Source: Eubacteriales bacterium (lineage in GTDB: Bacteria > Bacillota > Clostridia > Oscillospirales > CAG-272). From it: a DNA stretch of 54,075 nt. The notes under the pieces were generated by a model that worked only from the letters and a program-made list of their open reading frames with translations, was not told the origin of the DNA and ran no database searches. The stretch is taken from positions 1 to 54,075 of the forward strand of contig JAZQOM010000061.1 in assembly GCA_045627885.1 (NCBI GenBank), read 5' to 3'. The stretch's first letter is position 1; every line of letters starts with the position of its first letter. Positions 1-8,997 of the stretch are shown piece by piece. A program made the position numbers and the translations under genes.

Positions 1-1571
1 GGGCCTTTGTATTTCCATGAGCCCGATACTATTTCAAATCCATTCGGAAGAATAAACTCAATTGCGCCCGATTTTGCTAAAAGATTTTCGTTCAAAGAAA
101 GCGTAAGCGTAACGGTTTCTCCCGAAGCCGCTGTTTCTGACGAAAGCGTCGATTCTACATCGTATGCTGCCTTATAGCCGCACTCCGTGCATACTCCGTC
201 TTTGTCGAAGCTGTGCTCTGCGATATCCTTTTTATCGTGGCAGACGGTGCACTCGTGCCAGTGCTTTGTAGCATCTTTTGACCATACTGTTGAATAGCTG
301 TGCGTAATCGTTCTTACATATCCGCAGGTATTGCAGGTTGTGTCGCAAGCATTGTCATAGCTGTGCTTTGCAGTGTCTTTCTTTACTCCGCAGACCGAGC
401 ATTCGTGCCAATGCTGCGTGCCGTCTGTTGACCAAACTTTTTTGTAGCTGTGAGTTATACTTCTCGTTGCGCCACATACGTTACAGGTCGTGTCGCAGGA
501 ATTGTCGTATACGTGTCCGCTTACACTGCGAGTATAGCCGCAGGTGTTGCACGTCTTATCGCAGGCGTTGTCGTAGTCGTGCGATGCGCACTCAAGCTTC
601 CATATCTGATTGCTTGATTTTGTAGTTGTTAAAACATAAATATGGTAATCGTTAGTATGCGGGCTTTTTGTAAGAGAAAGGCTTGTATTATCAGCCGGAT
701 GTATCAAATATCCGTCGCCGCATTTTTCGAACACCCAAAGCTGAGAACCGTTTCCGGTATATGTATAAAGCGTAACCTCGTTTCCGCTTATTGAGTTATC
801 GGCCATAACGTTCAAAACATAACTGTTATTCTTTGCCGACTTCAAAGAATAAGCGTTCTTGTCTTTTACAAACTTAAATCTTTCATTTGCGGTGTTTCCC
901 GCCCTTGTTGTTTCGTAAAACCAAATTGTATCCTTTTTAGCTTCCATAGAAGAAGCATAAAGAGTATCTTCGCCGTTTCTCAAATAATACTCTTTTTCTT
1001 TGATGGTTTCGTACGGTGTGGTTGAACTATTATTAAAATGATATACATATCCCGCATCACTTTGGTTTCCGCAAGTACATGTAAAGTACATATACAATCT
1101 TCCATTGCGAGCATTATTATGCGCATATCCCTCGGCATATCCGCTGCTGTCGGCTCCCTTGTATATATACGCGTGAATATAAGGACAGTTATCAATCGGA
1201 ACACAGCTACTACAATATACAAATATTAAATCTCCAGGAGAAAGAATCTCACTATTCTTGGAAACGGTAATGGTACCATCGCTGTTAATATTCAGCTTTT
1301 CTAATCTGCCAAGATTTGTATTTGTTAACTGTCTTACAAGCGATGTACAACCGGTGCTCCAGGCTACATCTTTCCCTATCCCCCCTGCCAGAAGGCAATT
1401 GCTTACAAATTCGGCGCACAATCCTACTCCACTATTCCAGTTTGCTTCTGCATACTGCAAAGCAGCCGCCGGATTGTATGATCCTGCAGCGTTCGCCGTA
1501 AATGATGTTCCCGTTGTCAGTGATGCTATCATCATCACTGCAAGTATAAACGACAGAATTCTTTTTTTCAT
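1..1571 (-). CDS. Secreted modular cell-surface protein: signal peptide, putative amidase (Amidase_6/CHAP-like), ricin-B-like lectin, Cys/His-rich repeats, probable cohesin-like domain; runs off the window edge
   Basis: Missing from the ORF track because it has no stop in the window. Translated by hand from ATG 1571 (AGGAG RBS upstream): MKKRILSFILAVMMIASLTTGTSFTANA-AGSYNPAAALQYAEANWNSGVGLCAEFVSNCLLAGG. QxW motifs (SQLWVF, NQIWKL) and HxYDNxCDxTCNxCG repeats follow. Confidence 0.8.
   Translation of the reverse strand, partial: MKKRILSFILAVMMIASLTTGTSFTANAAGSYNPAAALQYAEANWNSGVGLCAEFVSNCLLAGGIGKDVAWSTGCTSLVRQLTNTNLGRLEKLNINSDGTITVSKNSEILSPGDLIFVYCSSCVPIDNCPYIHAYIYKGADSSGYAEGYAHNNARNGRLYMYFTCTCGNQSDAGYVYHFNNSSTTPYETIKEKEYYLRNGEDTLYASSMEAKKDTIWFYETTRAGNTANERFKFVKDKNAYSLKSAKNNSYVLNVMADNSISGNEVTLYTYTGNGSQLWVFEKCGDGYLIHPADNTSLSLTKSPHTNDYHIYVLTTTKSSNQIWKLECASHDYDNACDKTCNTCGYTRSVSGHVYDNSCDTTCNVCGATRSITHSYKKVWSTDGTQHWHECSVCGVKKDTAKHSYDNACDTTCNTCGYVRTITHSYSTVWSKDATKHWHECTVCHDKKDIAEHSFDKDGVCTECGYKAAYDVESTLSSETAASGETVTLTLSLNENLLAKSGAIEFILPNGFEIVSGSWKYKG
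172..590 (-). repeat. Intragenic Cys/His-rich peptide repeats
   Basis: HDYDNACDKTCNTCGYTR, HVYDNSCDTTCNVCGATR and HSYDNACDTTCNTCGYVR, plus two W-S-x-D-x-T-x-H-W-H-E-C-x-V-C units. Boundaries are approximate. Confidence 0.8.
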
Positions 1572-1613
1572 TTTTTCTCTCCTTTTTGTTTAATTTTTTT
1601 GGGTTTCATTCTG

Positions 1614-1642
1614 ATTATACTACACAAAATAGTATAAGTCAA
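1614..1642 (-). promoter_or_regulatory. SigA promoter of the secreted protein gene, overlapped by a palindromic operator
   Basis: Minus strand TTGACT-N17-TATAAT. Inverted repeat TTATACTA-N7-TAGTATAA at 1615-1637. Confidence 0.7.
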
Positions 1643-1714
1643 GAAAATAAACTAAAATAATCGGAAGCATTACCGCGCAAAATAGTGTATTATACTAATG
1701 AAAGCGGTGATAAA

Positions 1715-2020
1715 GTGAATGAACAATATATTCGTGACAAAATCACGGAATTAAGGCTTGCAAAAGGCGTATCCGAATACAAAATGAGCCTTGACCTCGG
1801 TCACAGCAAAGGGTATATTCAAAGCATTTCCTCGGGGCGCTCTCTGCCGTCTATGAGCGAATTTTTGACAATTTGCGAATACTTCGGCATAACACCGCAG
1901 GAGTTTTTCTCGGACGATTGCAATGTTATTCTTTCGCACGAGCTTAAATATGCAATATCCGGGCTTTCGAGAGATGATGCGGTCTTTGTCCTTGAGTTGA
2001 TAAAACGAATAAAAAAATAA
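1715..2020 (+). CDS. XRE-family helix-turn-helix transcriptional regulator
   Basis: IRDKITELRLAKGVSEYKMSLDLGHSKGYIQSISSGRSLPS fits the HTH_3 pattern. Start moved to GTG 1715, after AGCGGTGA. Confidence 0.88.
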   Translation: MNEQYIRDKITELRLAKGVSEYKMSLDLGHSKGYIQSISSGRSLPSMSEFLTICEYFGITPQEFFSDDCNVILSHELKYAISGLSRDDAVFVLELIKRIKK

Positions 2021-2050
2021 ATGCCTTATCCGTAAAAGGATAAGGCATTT
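2019..2050. terminator. Hairpin terminator between convergent genes
   Basis: AAATGCCTTATCC-N6-GGATAAGGCATTT. Confidence 0.7.
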
Positions 2051-2093
2051 GTGATTTTCGGCAGTTGCGGTTACCGCTAATCGGCTTGCCGAT

Positions 2094-2867
2094 TTATTCT
2101 TCTTTCGCCTGCGGCGCATCGCCGCTTTTCGTTCTCTGAGTCCGCGTGTGCATTTCGTAGCCGCTTCCCGGCGCTCTTTCGAGCGCTCCGAATATGTTTT
2201 TTATAAAAGAACGATTGCTTTTCTGCATTTCATACATAAACTTTTTCATTTCTTCGCGCTCGGTGTTGCCGTTTGCGGGGCATTTGGATTCTATCACCGG
2301 CAGTTTTTCGTTCCGCGCAAATGCGGCGACCTCTCTTTCCGGAGCATAGATAAGCGGACGAATCACAAAAAGCTTTGAGCGGTCAAGATATGTCACGGGC
2401 TGAAAGCTCCCGAATCTTCCGGCATAGAACAGATTGAGCAGCACCGTTTCGACCACATCGTCGTAGTTGTGTCCGAGGGCGAGCTTGTTGCAGCCGAGAG
2501 CCTTTGCCGCGTCATTTATCGCGCCTCGGCGCATCCTTGCGCAGAGCGAACAGGGATTTGTTTCTTTTCTCACATTAAAAATTATTTCGTATATCTGCGA
2601 CGGAATCACCGTATATTCGACACCGATGTTGTCGCACAGCTCCTTTATTTTCGAAAAATCCGCATCGGGAAAGCCCATATCGACGGTTATCGCCTTGAGC
2701 GTGAATTTTTCCGGATAGAATTTGCGAAGCTCCGACAGAGTCACGAGAAGCGAAAGCGAGTCTTTTCCCGCGGAGACGCCGACGCCGATAATATCGCCGT
2801 CGCGAATCATATCGTAGTTTTCCACAGCCTTGCGGACGAATGAAAGCATTTTCTGAAGGTCTGCCAT
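2094..2867 (-). CDS. ttcA: tRNA 2-thiocytidine biosynthesis TtcA-family PP-loop ATPase
   Basis: PP-loop SAGKDS, CSLCARMRRG, LGHNYDD and IRPL motifs. Confidence 0.85.
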   Translation of the reverse strand: MADLQKMLSFVRKAVENYDMIRDGDIIGVGVSAGKDSLSLLVTLSELRKFYPEKFTLKAITVDMGFPDADFSKIKELCDNIGVEYTVIPSQIYEIIFNVRKETNPCSLCARMRRGAINDAAKALGCNKLALGHNYDDVVETVLLNLFYAGRFGSFQPVTYLDRSKLFVIRPLIYAPEREVAAFARNEKLPVIESKCPANGNTEREEMKKFMYEMQKSNRSFIKNIFGALERAPGSGYEMHTRTQRTKSGDAPQAKEE

Positions 2868-3026
2868 AAAACACTCCTTTGTTTGATGAGCCGATTATAC
2901 ACCCAAAAACCGGATATTTCAACGGAGAATCCAAAAATCGCAAAAGAGAAAACGAGAGAAAAATAGAGAAAAACATACGAAATAGTGAGAAACTCACAAA
3001 ATATTCAAATTTTTATAAAATATCAC

Positions 3027-3054
3027 TTGACAATCGACTTTAATGTGATATACT
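3027..3054 (+). promoter_or_regulatory. SigA promoter of rplM-rpsI
   Basis: TTGACA-N16-TATACT with an extended TG. Confidence 0.7.
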
Positions 3055-3092
3055 AATCAAGCTGAAAAAATTAACAAATCGGAGGAAAATCA

Positions 3093-3521
3093 ATGTCTAC
3101 TTACATGGCAAAAAAAGAAGAGCTTAACCGTAAGTGGTATATCGTTGACGCAGCAGGCAAGCCCGCAGGCCGCGTGGCAGCAACCGCCGCAACGATACTC
3201 AACGGCAAGCACAAACCCGAATACACACCTCATGTTGACTGCGGCGATTTCGTCATCGTCATCAATGCGGCAAAGGCAGTATGGACGGGCAAGAAGATGG
3301 AGCAGAAGAAGTATCGCCGTCACACGGGATACATCGGCGGTCTTAAGGAAGAGTCGCTTCGCGATGTAATGGCTAAAAAGCCCGAATTCGCAATCAAGAC
3401 TGCAGTTAAGGGAATGCTTCCCCACAATTCAATCGGCGCCGCAAGCATCACGAGACTTAAGGTATACGCAGGCGCAGAGCATGAGCAGCAGGCACAGAAG
3501 CCTGAGGCTTATGAAGGTTAA
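3093..3521 (+). CDS. rplM: 50S ribosomal protein L13
   Basis: [30 protein letters not shown]; GGAGG RBS. Confidence 0.98.
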   Translation: MSTYMAKKEELNRKWYIVDAAGKPAGRVAATAATILNGKHKPEYTPHVDCGDFVIVINAAKAVWTGKKMEQKKYRRHTGYIGGLKEESLRDVMAKKPEFAIKTAVKGMLPHNSIGAASITRLKVYAGAEHEQQAQKPEAYEG

Positions 3522-3535
3522 GGAGGTAAAGAAAG

Positions 3536-3940
3536 ATGACATATACACCCGCTAAGCCGTACTTCTACGGCACAGGAAGAAGAAAGAAATCCGTTGCAAG
3601 AGTCAGACTTTACCCCGGTACAGGCATTGTAACAATCAACGGAAGAGATATCGACGATTATTTCGGACTTGAGACACTCAAGCTGATAGTTCGTCAGCCC
3701 TTCGGCGTAACCGGCAACGACGGCAAATATGATGTAGTTGCAACCGTAGTCGGCGGCGGTATCGCAGGTCAGGCAGGCGCTATCCGTCACGGCATAGCAA
3801 GAGCACTTCTCCAGGCAGATGAAGAATTCCGTGCCGAGCTCAAGAAGGCAGGACTTCTCACTCGTGACCCGAGAATGAAGGAGAGAAAGAAGTACGGTCT
3901 CAAAGCCGCTCGTCGCGCTCCTCAGTTCTCAAAGAGATAA
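3536..3940 (+). CDS. rpsI: 30S ribosomal protein S9
   Basis: [33 protein letters not shown]. Confidence 0.98.
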   Translation: MTYTPAKPYFYGTGRRKKSVARVRLYPGTGIVTINGRDIDDYFGLETLKLIVRQPFGVTGNDGKYDVVATVVGGGIAGQAGAIRHGIARALLQADEEFRAELKKAGLLTRDPRMKERKKYGLKAARRAPQFSKR

Positions 3941-4003
3941 GCTCGAAGAACAGAACAAATTACCGTTTTACGCTTTGCTTTTACAAACGAACGCGGCAAA
4001 ATC

Positions 4004-4036
4004 CCGCTGCCGAACAAGCTTCGGCAGCGGCGATTT
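4004..4036 (+). terminator. GC-rich hairpin after rpsI (probable terminator)
   Basis: CCGCTGCCGAA-N5-TTCGGCAGCGG; the U-tail is weak. Confidence 0.5.
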
Positions 4037-4120
4037 GTATAATATTTCCTTGTGCGGAATATAATAGCTTGTACGCATAAAGAAATCACGCGCTCGAGAA
4101 AGAAAGCGAGGTGACCGGTC

Positions 4121-5248
4121 ATGGAAAGGTTAAAGAGGCTTATAAAAAAGCTTACACCTTACATCAACCGAACAGCGATAACAGCAATTTTCATTTTAGC
4201 ATCTGCACTTATCATTTTTGTCGCAAAAGACTATAGAAACGAAGAACTTTATATATTCAAAGAAATAGAAGATGACGGCGTAGACAGTACGGCGGTACTG
4301 ATGTATGCCGGATGGGCCAAAGGCAACAGCGAAGCAGAAAACGGTACAAGCGATAAGCTCACGGTTTATGTCAACGATGCCGGAGTTGTCACCGAATACA
4401 GAACAAATAAAGGAACAGTCGCGGATTTCTTTGCCGAAAAAGGCATAGAGCTCAGCAGATATGACGAGGTGGTTCCGTTCGGAAAGGCAGCACTTGCAGA
4501 CGGAATGACGGTACTGATTACGAGAGTGGACTATGTCACACAAACGAAGACGGAAACAGTCCCGTATGATACCGTTGTAAAAGATGTAGATACCGTAGAG
4601 AAAGGCAAAACTGTAACGGTTACAAAGGGAGAGGACGGATTTGTAGCATACACCGTATCGACAAAATATGTCAACGGAGTACCTACAACGCAAAGCGAAA
4701 TAGTCTCGACCGAATCAAAGGAACCTGTAACCTGTGTAAAAGAACACGGCATAGGCGGCAAATTCAAAGCGCCCGACGGAAAGATATACTCGTATTCGTA
4801 CAGACTTACCGTTTCGGCGACCGCATACTATGATGCGTACCACCGCGGAATGACCGCGACGGGACACGCAACGGTTCCGGGAATCGTCGCAGTTGACAAG
4901 AGCGTCATACCTTTACATTCAAAATGCTATGTATGCGGAAAAATCGGTGATTTCGGCGTGCTAAAAGCCGAAGATGTCGGCAATTTCCGCGGCAACTGCA
5001 TAGATGTATATTTCAATACTCTTGCAGAATGCTATGCATTCGGAAGGCAGACACTCGAGGTATATGTGCTTGAGGTGAACGCTTGCAGTACAAAACGGCA
5101 TACAGTAGCGGGCACTACCAATATCGGCTATCACGGAGCTGATTGGACATATACAAGGAACAAGAATAAAACAACAAATTCCGCATCGGAAAAAGCCGTA
5201 ACGGAAGAAACGAAAATTGAGGAGACAGAAGAAAATGGCAAAGAATAA
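4121..5248 (+). CDS. YabE/RpfB-like cell-wall protein (N-terminal TM, DUF348-like, G5, 3D domain)
   Basis: TVADFFAEKGI (DUF348-like); G5 segment TETVPYDTVVKD...GEDG; 3D motifs SATAY, TATG, VAVD, AEDVG, IDVYF. Confidence 0.82.
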   Translation: MERLKRLIKKLTPYINRTAITAIFILASALIIFVAKDYRNEELYIFKEIEDDGVDSTAVLMYAGWAKGNSEAENGTSDKLTVYVNDAGVVTEYRTNKGTVADFFAEKGIELSRYDEVVPFGKAALADGMTVLITRVDYVTQTKTETVPYDTVVKDVDTVEKGKTVTVTKGEDGFVAYTVSTKYVNGVPTTQSEIVSTESKEPVTCVKEHGIGGKFKAPDGKIYSYSYRLTVSATAYYDAYHRGMTATGHATVPGIVAVDKSVIPLHSKCYVCGKIGDFGVLKAEDVGNFRGNCIDVYFNTLAECYAFGRQTLEVYVLEVNACSTKRHTVAGTTNIGYHGADWTYTRNKNKTTNSASEKAVTEETKIEETEENGKE

Positions 5249-6536
5249 AAAATCAAATGCCGGCAATATAGTGCTCTGGATTCTTTGTGCACTTGTTGTT
5301 TTGGGCATAGCCGCAATTATTTACACAAATGCACTCCAGCGCAATTCCATTTTCAAGGATGACCTCTTTAAGGATGCGATAAGCACCGTACTCGGAAAGC
5401 AGCCTGCAAATATCACAGAGAGCGATATATCTGCGATAAAGTATCTTTCCGTCAATGCGGCACAGCAGGACCCGGATAACGCCGCAAATACGGTTATAAC
5501 CTTGCAGATAGGTTACGACGAAGCCGTAACGGAGCTCGAGAAGGGCGACGAAGCGGACAGCGAGGTTCTCTCTAAAGCTCTTTCGGGAGTAATACTTGAC
5601 GAGAATATAAAGAACTTTGATGACCTCAAGCTCTTTACGGGGCTCAAGGTGCTCAGCGTAAACGGAGACCTTGTAAACCTCGACGGAATAAGCTCAAAGG
5701 ATATTGCTTATCTTTATGTTACATCCGGAAAGCTCGAAGACATATCAAAAGTTGCTGAGTTTACGGCATTAAAGGAAGTAAGCATCGGAGGCGGCAATTT
5801 TGCCGATGTTTCCGCATTTGCAAACTGCAAGTCTTTGACGGGACTTTTCTTAAACGGATGCAAGGTAAAGGATATCAGCGCACTCAAGAACCTTACGGCG
5901 CTCGAGTCACTTGACCTTTCGTCAAATGAAGAGCTTGCCGACATCTCCGCACTTGCGGACTGCAAGGCTTTGAAGGCACTTGCGTTTGACGGCACCGCGG
6001 TTTCCGATATCTCCGCACTCAATGGACTTGAAAATCTCGAGTCCGTGTCCTTTGCAAAAGCAAAGGTAAGCGATATTTCGCCGCTCTCGGCAAATGCCGC
6101 ACTCAAGACGATTATCGCAAACGAGAACGGAATTTCCGATATCTCTGCCGTAAAGGAACTTGCAAAGCTCACAACCGTTATTTTGTCAAATAACGAGATA
6201 GAGGATATCTCCGCACTCAAAGGACTTGCAGAGCTCGAATACTGCGACCTTTCCGGCAACAAGATAAGCGATGTCAGCGCACTTGCCGGAAAAGAGAAAC
6301 TCACGGCTCTCCTGCTTGACGAGAACGAGGGACTCACGGATATCACACCTATTAAAGAGCTTGTATATTCTTACTACAAGGGAACAGGTAACTGCTATGT
6401 AACATTACCCGAAGAACTTGCAAAGAAGATTCAGGAAGAGATAGCTGCAGAGGCTGAGGAGAATGCCGATAACGACGACGAAACTCCCGCGGACAAAACT
6501 GCCGACGAGCCTCAAGACGCTTCGACAGAAGACTGA
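5235..6536 (+). CDS. Membrane-anchored internalin-type leucine-rich repeat protein
   Basis: N-terminal TM helix, about 9-10 22-aa LxxLxLxxNxIxDISxL repeats and an acidic tail. Start moved to ATG 5235. Confidence 0.85.
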   Translation: MAKNKKSNAGNIVLWILCALVVLGIAAIIYTNALQRNSIFKDDLFKDAISTVLGKQPANITESDISAIKYLSVNAAQQDPDNAANTVITLQIGYDEAVTELEKGDEADSEVLSKALSGVILDENIKNFDDLKLFTGLKVLSVNGDLVNLDGISSKDIAYLYVTSGKLEDISKVAEFTALKEVSIGGGNFADVSAFANCKSLTGLFLNGCKVKDISALKNLTALESLDLSSNEELADISALADCKALKALAFDGTAVSDISALNGLENLESVSFAKAKVSDISPLSANAALKTIIANENGISDISAVKELAKLTTVILSNNEIEDISALKGLAELEYCDLSGNKISDVSALAGKEKLTALLLDENEGLTDITPIKELVYSYYKGTGNCYVTLPEELAKKIQEEIAAEAEENADNDDETPADKTADEPQDASTED

Positions 6537-6543
6537 ATTTAAT

Positions 6544-6572
6544 AAAAGCGGCGGAAAATCTCCGCCGCTTTT
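6544..6572 (+). terminator. Rho-independent terminator
   Basis: AAAAGCGGCGGA-N5-TCCGCCGCTTTT. Confidence 0.75.
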
Positions 6573-6589
6573 GCGCATTATGTAAATTT

Positions 6590-7588
6590 ATGAATTGGTT
6601 TATTTTTGCTCTTGTCTGCATACTCGGCTGGGGCTTTGCCGACCTGTTTTACAAAAGCTCAAGTGATGAAAACGACAGATATTCACATCTTAAAATTGCG
6701 GTGTGGGTAGGTCTTGTCATGGGCGTTTGTGCCGTAATGCTCATTCCGTTTTCGGAACACGGAGCATCGGTGTTGAGCCTTGACGCTCTTGTAAAATACT
6801 CGCCGGCGTCGCTTTCGTATATAATTTCCATGATTATAGGCTACGCAGGGCTCCGCTATATCGAATTATCCGTTGTCTCGCCGATACAAAACGCATCGGG
6901 CGCGCTATCCGCGATAATGATGACCGTGTTCTTTGCCGTAAGCACCGGAAGCATAAAGGGCGCCGTAAGTGACGCAACGGGATACATATTCGGAGCAAAG
7001 ACCGGCGCAGAGAGGGCGGTCAACGCGCTTATCATAGTCGGAATCATATCAATATGCGCGGGAGTGACGGCGCTTGCCTTTGTAGAACATAAGCTCTCGA
7101 ATTCCGAAAAAGCGCTTTCCACGCGCGAGAAAAAATACCGGCTCGGCGCACTTGCTTTGCTATTCCCGATAGCGTATTGCTTTTTCGATACGCTCGGAAC
7201 GGCGGCAGACGGAATAATTCTTGACGGAGAGAGCGGACTTTCGCTCGGCGAATTTGATGTAATAATTCTTTACGGGCTGACCTTCTTTTCGGCGGGAATA
7301 ATATCGTGGCTTGTGTTGCTTTTCAAAGAAAAAAAGCCGTATAATCCGTTTTGCAAAAAAGAGCTGACAAAGGGAGCGGCGGCATTGTGCGAAGAATTCG
7401 GTCAGATATTTTATGTATTTGCCATGGCAAAAAAGCCCGTGCTTGCCGCGCCGATGATAGCGTCGTATTGCATAGTATCGGTAATATTGTCGCGAATAAT
7501 CTTAAAAGAAAAGCTCAAAGCATCGCAGTATGCTTGCGTTTTCTCGGTAATTGCGGGGATAGTATTCCTCGGTATTGCAGGAGTATAG
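6590..7588 (+). CDS. EamA/DMT-family transporter
   Basis: About 10 hydrophobic helices in two halves; C-terminal SVILSRIILKEKL...VIAGIVFLG. Confidence 0.8.
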   Translation: MNWFIFALVCILGWGFADLFYKSSSDENDRYSHLKIAVWVGLVMGVCAVMLIPFSEHGASVLSLDALVKYSPASLSYIISMIIGYAGLRYIELSVVSPIQNASGALSAIMMTVFFAVSTGSIKGAVSDATGYIFGAKTGAERAVNALIIVGIISICAGVTALAFVEHKLSNSEKALSTREKKYRLGALALLFPIAYCFFDTLGTAADGIILDGESGLSLGEFDVIILYGLTFFSAGIISWLVLLFKEKKPYNPFCKKELTKGAAALCEEFGQIFYVFAMAKKPVLAAPMIASYCIVSVILSRIILKEKLKASQYACVFSVIAGIVFLGIAGV

Positions 7589-7673
7589 AATAAGACTTCG
7601 GCAACACTAACACCAAAAAGACCAATTTTGCATGATGCTCAAAGCCATATCAAAATAAAACCGGAGGAACAGT

Positions 7674-8948
7674 ATGAAAGAAATTAAATTTCCGTACGGA
7701 AAAAAGGAACTCAGTTGCTCATTTGATGAAAAAGAGCTCGTCGGAGTATTGGAGTCATCAATAAATCAGTACGAGCCGGAATGCGGAGAGGACGAGCTTG
7801 TTCTCAAAGCGCTTGCCGAACCCGTCGGCTCACCGAAGCTCTCGGAGCTTGCAAAGGGCAAGAAAAAGATAGTCATAATCGCAAGTGACCACACAAGGCC
7901 CGTCCCGAGCAAGAAGATAATTCCGCATATGTTAAAAGAGATACGCAGTACAAATCCCGATGCCGAGATAACCATTCTTATAGCGACGGGATGCCACCGC
8001 GGCACCACCAAAGAAGAGCTCATCGCCAAATTCGGTGAAGATATCGTCAAAAATGAGCATATATACATTCACGACTGCGACGAGCGCGAAATGCTTGTAA
8101 ATATAGGCACGCTCCCGTCGGGCGGCGAATGTGAGATAAACTCAATCGCCTACGACGCAGACCTTCTTGTTTCCGAGGGATTTATTGAGCCGCACTTCTT
8201 TGCGGGCTTCTCGGGCGGCAGAAAGAGCGTTCTCCCCGGAATTGCAGGACGCCGCACGGTTCTTGCAAATCACTGCTCGGAATTCATAGCCGACAATCAC
8301 GCCCGTACGGGAATACTCACCGATAACCCGATTCACAAGGATATGCTTTGGGCGGCAAAGCAGGCAAAGCTTACATTTATTGTAAATGTTGTGCTCAATG
8401 CAGAGAAGAAAGTCATTTTCGCAACGGCAGGCGACTTAGAGCAGGCGCACAAAAAGGGCACGGATTTTCTTTCAAAGCTCTGCGGCGCAAAAGCCATAGA
8501 AGCCGATATTGCCATTTCCACAAACGGAGGATATCCGCTTGACCAGAATGTATATCAGTCCGTCAAGGGAATGACGGCGGCTGAAGCGACGGTACGCAAG
8601 GACGGCGTTATCATTATGATATCGGCATCGGAGGACGGCATCGGCGGCGACAGCCTGTATCATCAGGTAGCGGACGAGCCCGACATAAAAAAGAGTATGG
8701 CGGAGATACTCAGCCACGGCAGAAACGAAACCGTTTCGGACCAATGGGAGGCGCAGATACTTCTTCGCATACTTGCCCGTGCAACGGTAGTATATGTTTC
8801 GCAAATGCCCGATGAGATTGTAGAAAAGATGCACATGATACCGGCGCACTCGATAGAGGAAGCGCTTTGCAAGGCAAAAAAGATAGTCGGCGGCGACTCT
8901 GCGCGCATCGTTGCGATACCCGACGGAATCTCCGTAATGGTTCGCTGA
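7674..8948 (+). CDS. larA: Nickel-pincer-dependent lactate racemase family (LarA)
   Basis: SDHTRP, ATGCHR, EPHFFAGFSGGRKS and GGYPLDQNVYQSVKG motifs. Confidence 0.88.
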   Translation: MKEIKFPYGKKELSCSFDEKELVGVLESSINQYEPECGEDELVLKALAEPVGSPKLSELAKGKKKIVIIASDHTRPVPSKKIIPHMLKEIRSTNPDAEITILIATGCHRGTTKEELIAKFGEDIVKNEHIYIHDCDEREMLVNIGTLPSGGECEINSIAYDADLLVSEGFIEPHFFAGFSGGRKSVLPGIAGRRTVLANHCSEFIADNHARTGILTDNPIHKDMLWAAKQAKLTFIVNVVLNAEKKVIFATAGDLEQAHKKGTDFLSKLCGAKAIEADIAISTNGGYPLDQNVYQSVKGMTAAEATVRKDGVIIMISASEDGIGGDSLYHQVADEPDIKKSMAEILSHGRNETVSDQWEAQILLRILARATVVYVSQMPDEIVEKMHMIPAHSIEEALCKAKKIVGGDSARIVAIPDGISVMVR

Positions 8949-8957
8949 AGAAAATGT

Positions 8958-8994
8958 AAAAAAAGCGCTCGGATTTTTTCCGAGCGCTTTTTTT
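8958..8994. terminator. Bidirectional terminator
   Basis: A7-GCGCTCGGA-N5-TCCGAGCGC-T7 between convergent genes. Confidence 0.85.
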
Positions 8995-8997
8995 ATG

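Noticed and set aside
237-251. CxxCH motif (CTVCH) suggesting a c-type cytochrome
   Set aside because: It occurs once; the equivalent positions in the other repeats are CxxCG, so it is a variant of the Cys/His repeat.
338-1593. Short Cys/Arg-rich or hydrophobic ORFs in the track (338-625, 980-1222, 1038-1229, 1258-1593)
   Set aside because: They are shadows of the long minus-strand secreted-protein gene.
2936-3000. GAGAAAA-like purine-rich repeats upstream of rplM
   Set aside because: Irregular low-complexity A-tract DNA with no constant repeat-spacer period; not a CRISPR array.
5850-6350. Recurrent GATATCTCCGCACT-like motifs at ~66-bp spacing, superficially CRISPR-like
   Set aside because: They encode the DISAL part of the 22-aa leucine-rich repeats within an intact ORF; no cas genes are present.
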